This document shows positions 6,393-8,306 of a stretch of 8,306 nt of DNA, piece by piece. Location of the stretch: the NCBI GenBank assembly GCA_964507075.1, contig CAZDOL010000016.1:1326-9631 (forward strand), read 5' to 3'. The notes under the pieces are model-generated. The model made no database searches. It saw only the letters and a program-made list of their open reading frames with translations, and was not told the origin of the DNA. The first letter of the stretch is position 1; each line of letters starts with the position of its first letter. This stretch comes from an uncultured Gammaproteobacteria bacterium (GTDB taxonomy: Bacteria > Patescibacteriota > Patescibacteriia > UBA2591 > UBA6264). Both the position numbers and the translations under genes were made by a program.

Positions 6393-6408
6393 AATATTTA
6401 ATTTCAAG
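6393..6408. repeat. Copy 2 of the 16-bp direct repeat AATATTTAATTTCAAG
   Basis: Exact 16-mer, 54 nt downstream of copy 1. It is followed directly by the GC-rich array, which ends in TTATAATTAA (6542-6551). Confidence 0.9.
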
Positions 6409-6542
6409 GTTCCTGAGCGAAGCGAAGAGGTTCTTACTGTGAGCGTAGCGAACAGCAACGTTCTCGACGAACGAAGTGAGGAGGGGTTGTTACTATGAGA
6501 GTAACGAATAGCAAGGTTCTGCGAACGTAGTGAGCAGGTTCT
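6406..6542 (+). repeat. GC-rich degenerate tandem repeat and hairpin array with GGTTCT-like cores; candidate structured RNA or multi-site operator
   Basis: GGTTCT-like cores lie at 6408 (GGTTCC), 6429, 6459 (CGTTCT), 6485 (GGTTGT), 6515 and 6537. Two ~55-nt tandem copies (6428-6483 and 6484-6537) are about 80% identical by hand alignment. There are five stem-loops of 3-4 bp closing 11-15-nt purine-rich loops. G+C is about 50% against about 16% in the flanks. No ORF of useful length occurs on either strand. Confidence 0.85.
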
Positions 6543-6548
6543 TATAAT
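6543..6548 (+). promoter_or_regulatory. TATAAT -10 box positioned for a leaderless transcript of the 6555 gene
   Basis: TATAAT (6543-6548), 6 nt (taactt), then ATG 6555, with no SD. The -35 position reads TGCGAA/GCGAAC (6520-6526), which is poor for sigma70 but contains the GAAC core common in ECF -35 elements. Confidence 0.4.
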
Positions 6549-6554
6549 TAACTT

Positions 6555-6953
6555 ATGGAAATTATTAAACCAAATTCTAGACCAATACGCTTGCTTTTCT
6601 TTTGGTCAGGAATTATAGCTACTTTGGCTTATCGCATAATTATTGTTTTAAATTTTTATAGCCCTTTATGGGTAAAAATTTCTTGGTATATTGGAACTAT
6701 TGGTTTTATTATCTATTTTTGGCATCGTTTTGATATTCAAAAAAAGAGGTCAGAATTGGCTTTAGATCATAAACTAATTGATGCTGTAGAAAAAAATCAA
6801 TACGAAAGCCAAGAACAAAAAGAAGCTTTAAAATATATTGTCAAAACTAGTTTAACTTCAAAATCAAGATGGAATTCAGCATTTATTTGCTTGATGTCTA
6901 TCTTGGCTTTAGTAGTGGGATTAGTTATGGATATTACTCAAATGTTAAAGTGA
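6555..6953 (+). CDS. 132-aa membrane protein, three predicted TM segments, no recognised family
   Basis: Track ORF. Hydrophobic segments at about aa 13-35, 37-57 and 108-128, with a charged helical middle (KKRSELALDHKLIDAVEKNQYESQEQKEALKY). Ends in TGA. Confidence 0.75.
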   Translation: MEIIKPNSRPIRLLFFWSGIIATLAYRIIIVLNFYSPLWVKISWYIGTIGFIIYFWHRFDIQKKRSELALDHKLIDAVEKNQYESQEQKEALKYIVKTSLTSKSRWNSAFICLMSILALVVGLVMDITQMLK

Positions 6954-6971
6954 GTTAAGTTAAAAAATATT

Positions 6972-7076
6972 ATGCATAGAAAAAAATCTCGTCAAATTGC
7001 TAAGGTTCTCAAAGAAAAGGGAGTAAAAAAACTCTCTAAGAACCAAAAAAAGAAACTAAAGAACCGCTTTAAATAA
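6972..7076 (+). CDS. 34-aa Lys-rich peptide (hypothetical)
   Basis: Hand translation: MHRKKSRQIAKVLKEKGVKKLSKNQKKKLKNRFK, with 16 K/R and 1 acidic residue. No clear SD. It is in frame with the preceding ORF across the TGA at 6951-6953. It could be non-coding. Confidence 0.35.
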   Translation: MHRKKSRQIAKVLKEKGVKKLSKNQKKKLKNRFK

Positions 7077-7084
7077 AAGTGGAT

Positions 7085-7297
7085 ATGGACCAAAAGCTTT
7101 TGTCACAATTAAAAGAATGGAGAAAAACTACCGCTCAAAAAGAGGGGGTTGAACTTTTTAGAGTTTTTCCCAACAAAACCATTGAGAGCATCGCTCAAAT
7201 AAAACCTCAAAACAAAGAAGAGCTTATTGAGATTAAGGGCATTAAAGAAAAAAAGTTTTGTAAATATGGAGAAGATATTCTCAATATGATTAAAGGA
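7085..7297 (+). other. HRDC domain-coding segment fused to xseA
   Basis: The 71-aa segment matches the RecQ/RNase D HRDC pattern (L..L..wR...A...gv..f.vf.n.tl..iA...P.n..EL..i.Gi...K...YG..il..i). A 13-aa acidic linker (NEPIIKEEEIEKP) precedes the XseA OB-fold. Confidence 0.75.
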
Positions 7298-8306
7298 AAC
7301 GAGCCCATTATTAAAGAAGAAGAGATTGAAAAGCCTTATACTGTTAGCAGTTATTTAAATCTTTTAAATGATAGTCTTCGTCAAATAAAAGGGCGAATTC
7401 AAGGAGAAGTGACGGAATTAGATATTAGGAGTAGTTATTTGTTTTTTTCCCTAAAAGATCAAAAAGATGAAAGCATTTTAAGGTGTTTTATGTGGAGAAA
7501 GGATTATGAGTTGTGTGGAATTTCTTTGATAGAAGGTTCCGAGATTATAACTAATGGAGTTTCCGAAATCTATAAACCAAGTGGTCGTTTAAGCTTTAGG
7601 GCATCTACTATAGAATTAGTTGGAGAAGGAGCATTGAAAAAAGCTTATGAAAAATTAAAAGAAAAATTAAAAGAAGAAGGATTATTCGCTGCTGAAAAGA
7701 AAAAAGTCCTACCAGAATTTGTTCAAAGAATAGGACTAATAACATCTTCTAACGGAGCGGTTATTCATGATTTTCTGAATAATTTGGGCAAATATGGGTA
7801 TAAAATTAAATTTCAAGATTCCAGAGTAGAAGGACAAATCGCTGTTTCAGATTTAACTTTTGCAATTGATTATTTTGCCAATCAAAAAATTGACGTTTTA
7901 ATCATTATTAGGGGTGGCGGAAGCTTAGAGAGTTTACAGGCCTTTAACAATGAAGCTTTAGTTCGTAAAATTGCTAATTTTAATGTTCCGGTGATATGCG
8001 GGATAGGACATGACAAAGATGTACCTTTGGCCTCTTTGTGTTCTGATTTAATGGTTTCTACACCCACTGCAGTTGCCATTGTTCTAAACAAATCTTGGGA
8101 ACAGGCCATAAACACTATTCAGAAATTAGAAAGAGATATTTTAGATAAATACCAAAATATATTAATTATTCAAAAACATCGTTTAGAAATTATTGCCAAT
8201 GATTTGATTTCTAAGTTTGATTTTATTTTCAAAAAGTTTGATTTTATAAAATCCAGAATAAATGACGCTTTTATTTCTCTTAGCTATAAATTAGAACAAA
8301 AAAATA
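7085..8306 (+). CDS. xseA: Exodeoxyribonuclease VII large subunit (XseA) with an N-terminal HRDC domain; 3'-truncated by the window edge
   Basis: Open frame from ATG 7085 to the window end (407 codons), missing from the track because there is no stop. aa 1-71 is HRDC-like (LLSQLKEWRKTTAQKEGVELFRVFPNKTIESIAQIKPQNKEELIEIKGIKEKKFCKYGEDILNMI). From aa 85 it is XseA-like: the OB-fold region IQGEVTELDIRSSYLFFSLKDQKDESILRCFMW, then RIGLITSSNGAVIHDF, IIRGGGSLESLQAFNNEALVR and PVICGIGHDKDVPLASLCSDLMVSTPTAVA. Confidence 0.9.
   Translation, partial: MDQKLLSQLKEWRKTTAQKEGVELFRVFPNKTIESIAQIKPQNKEELIEIKGIKEKKFCKYGEDILNMIKGNEPIIKEEEIEKPYTVSSYLNLLNDSLRQIKGRIQGEVTELDIRSSYLFFSLKDQKDESILRCFMWRKDYELCGISLIEGSEIITNGVSEIYKPSGRLSFRASTIELVGEGALKKAYEKLKEKLKEEGLFAAEKKKVLPEFVQRIGLITSSNGAVIHDFLNNLGKYGYKIKFQDSRVEGQIAVSDLTFAIDYFANQKIDVLIIIRGGGSLESLQAFNNEALVRKIANFNVPVICGIGHDKDVPLASLCSDLMVSTPTAVAIVLNKSWEQAINTIQKLERDILDKYQNILIIQKHRLEIIANDLISKFDFIFKKFDFIKSRINDAFISLSYKLEQKN

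Noticed and set aside
6415-6463. Group II intron domain-5-like strings (GAGC...GGTTC with a G-T wobble)
   Set aside because: The stems are only 4-5 bp with 10-13-nt loops. There is no 14-bp bulged helix or GNRA tetraloop, and no intron ORF or other intron domains.
6449-6473. LexA/Cheo-box-like GAAC...GTTC near a DNA-repair gene, and the CGTTC-tcgac-GAACG palindrome
   Set aside because: The spacing is GAAC-N6-GTTC (6450-6463), not the N4 of the Gram-positive SOS box. The element lies upstream of a membrane-protein gene, not xseA. The tetramers are better explained as part of the repeat array.
6406-6542. CRISPR array, or a MITE bounded by the direct repeat CTTATAATTAA (6360-6370 and 6541-6551)
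   Set aside because: The repeats are only ~6-13 nt, degenerate, and spaced 20-30 nt, which does not fit CRISPR repeat/spacer geometry, and no cas genes are present. I found no terminal inverted repeats at 6371 and 6540 to support a MITE with a target-site duplication.
6406-6542. Known riboswitch classes that precede small membrane proteins: fluoride/crcB, guanidine-II mini-ykkC (ACGR loops), and Mn2+ yybP-ykoY
   Set aside because: The conserved cores as I remember them are absent, for example GGGGAGUAG for yybP-ykoY and paired ACGR tetraloops on GC stems for mini-ykkC. The downstream protein lacks CrcB or SMR signatures. This judgement is from memory only and a cmscan is still needed.
7002-7065. 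GGTTCT (7004) and two AGAACC (7039, 7060) copies inside the 34-aa ORF, echoing the array core
   Set aside because: Only 6-mers match with no extended complementarity or repeat context. This is within chance for a few occurrences per window.
7882-8115. Minus-strand 77-aa ORF
   Set aside because: It lies antisense to the most conserved part of xseA (RGGGS...GIGHDKD), so it is a shadow ORF.
1-8306. Alternative genetic code (TGA as a sense codon, as in some CPR lineages)
   Set aside because: All long conserved ORFs (TypA, UppP, the sigma factor, XseA) are full length with no internal TGA under the standard code. TGA is used as a terminal stop at 2708-2710 and 6951-6953.

Overview
AT-rich bacterial window (roughly 30% G+C by eye). 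Small genes, RGG/zinc-ribbon proteins and unusual domain fusions suggest a reduced-genome, CPR/Patescibacteria-like organism; that assignment is inference only. I call these genes, left to right. (1) A tandem CxxC-x17-CxxC zinc-ribbon protein. (2) typA/bipA. (3) A self-contained cassette of three small ORFs with its own near-consensus promoter, perfect Shine-Dalgarno sites and a strong terminator. (4) An ECF sigma factor, a polytopic membrane protein (putative anti-sigma) and a secreted helical protein. (5) uppP on the minus strand. (6) A 132-aa membrane protein. (7) A 34-aa Lys-rich ORF. (8) A 3'-truncated xseA carrying an N-terminal HRDC domain; it is absent from the ORF track because it runs off the window. 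The most unusual non-coding signal is a ~135-nt island at 6406-6542, about 50% G+C, inside the ~16% G+C uppP/6555 divergent intergenic region. It consists of degenerate GGTTCT-cored repeats that form five short hairpins. Two ~55-nt tandem copies differ by two compensatory base-pair changes. I could not assign it to any RNA or operator class I know. All other minus-strand track ORFs look like shadow ORFs. No tRNA, rRNA, CRISPR array or transposase was seen.
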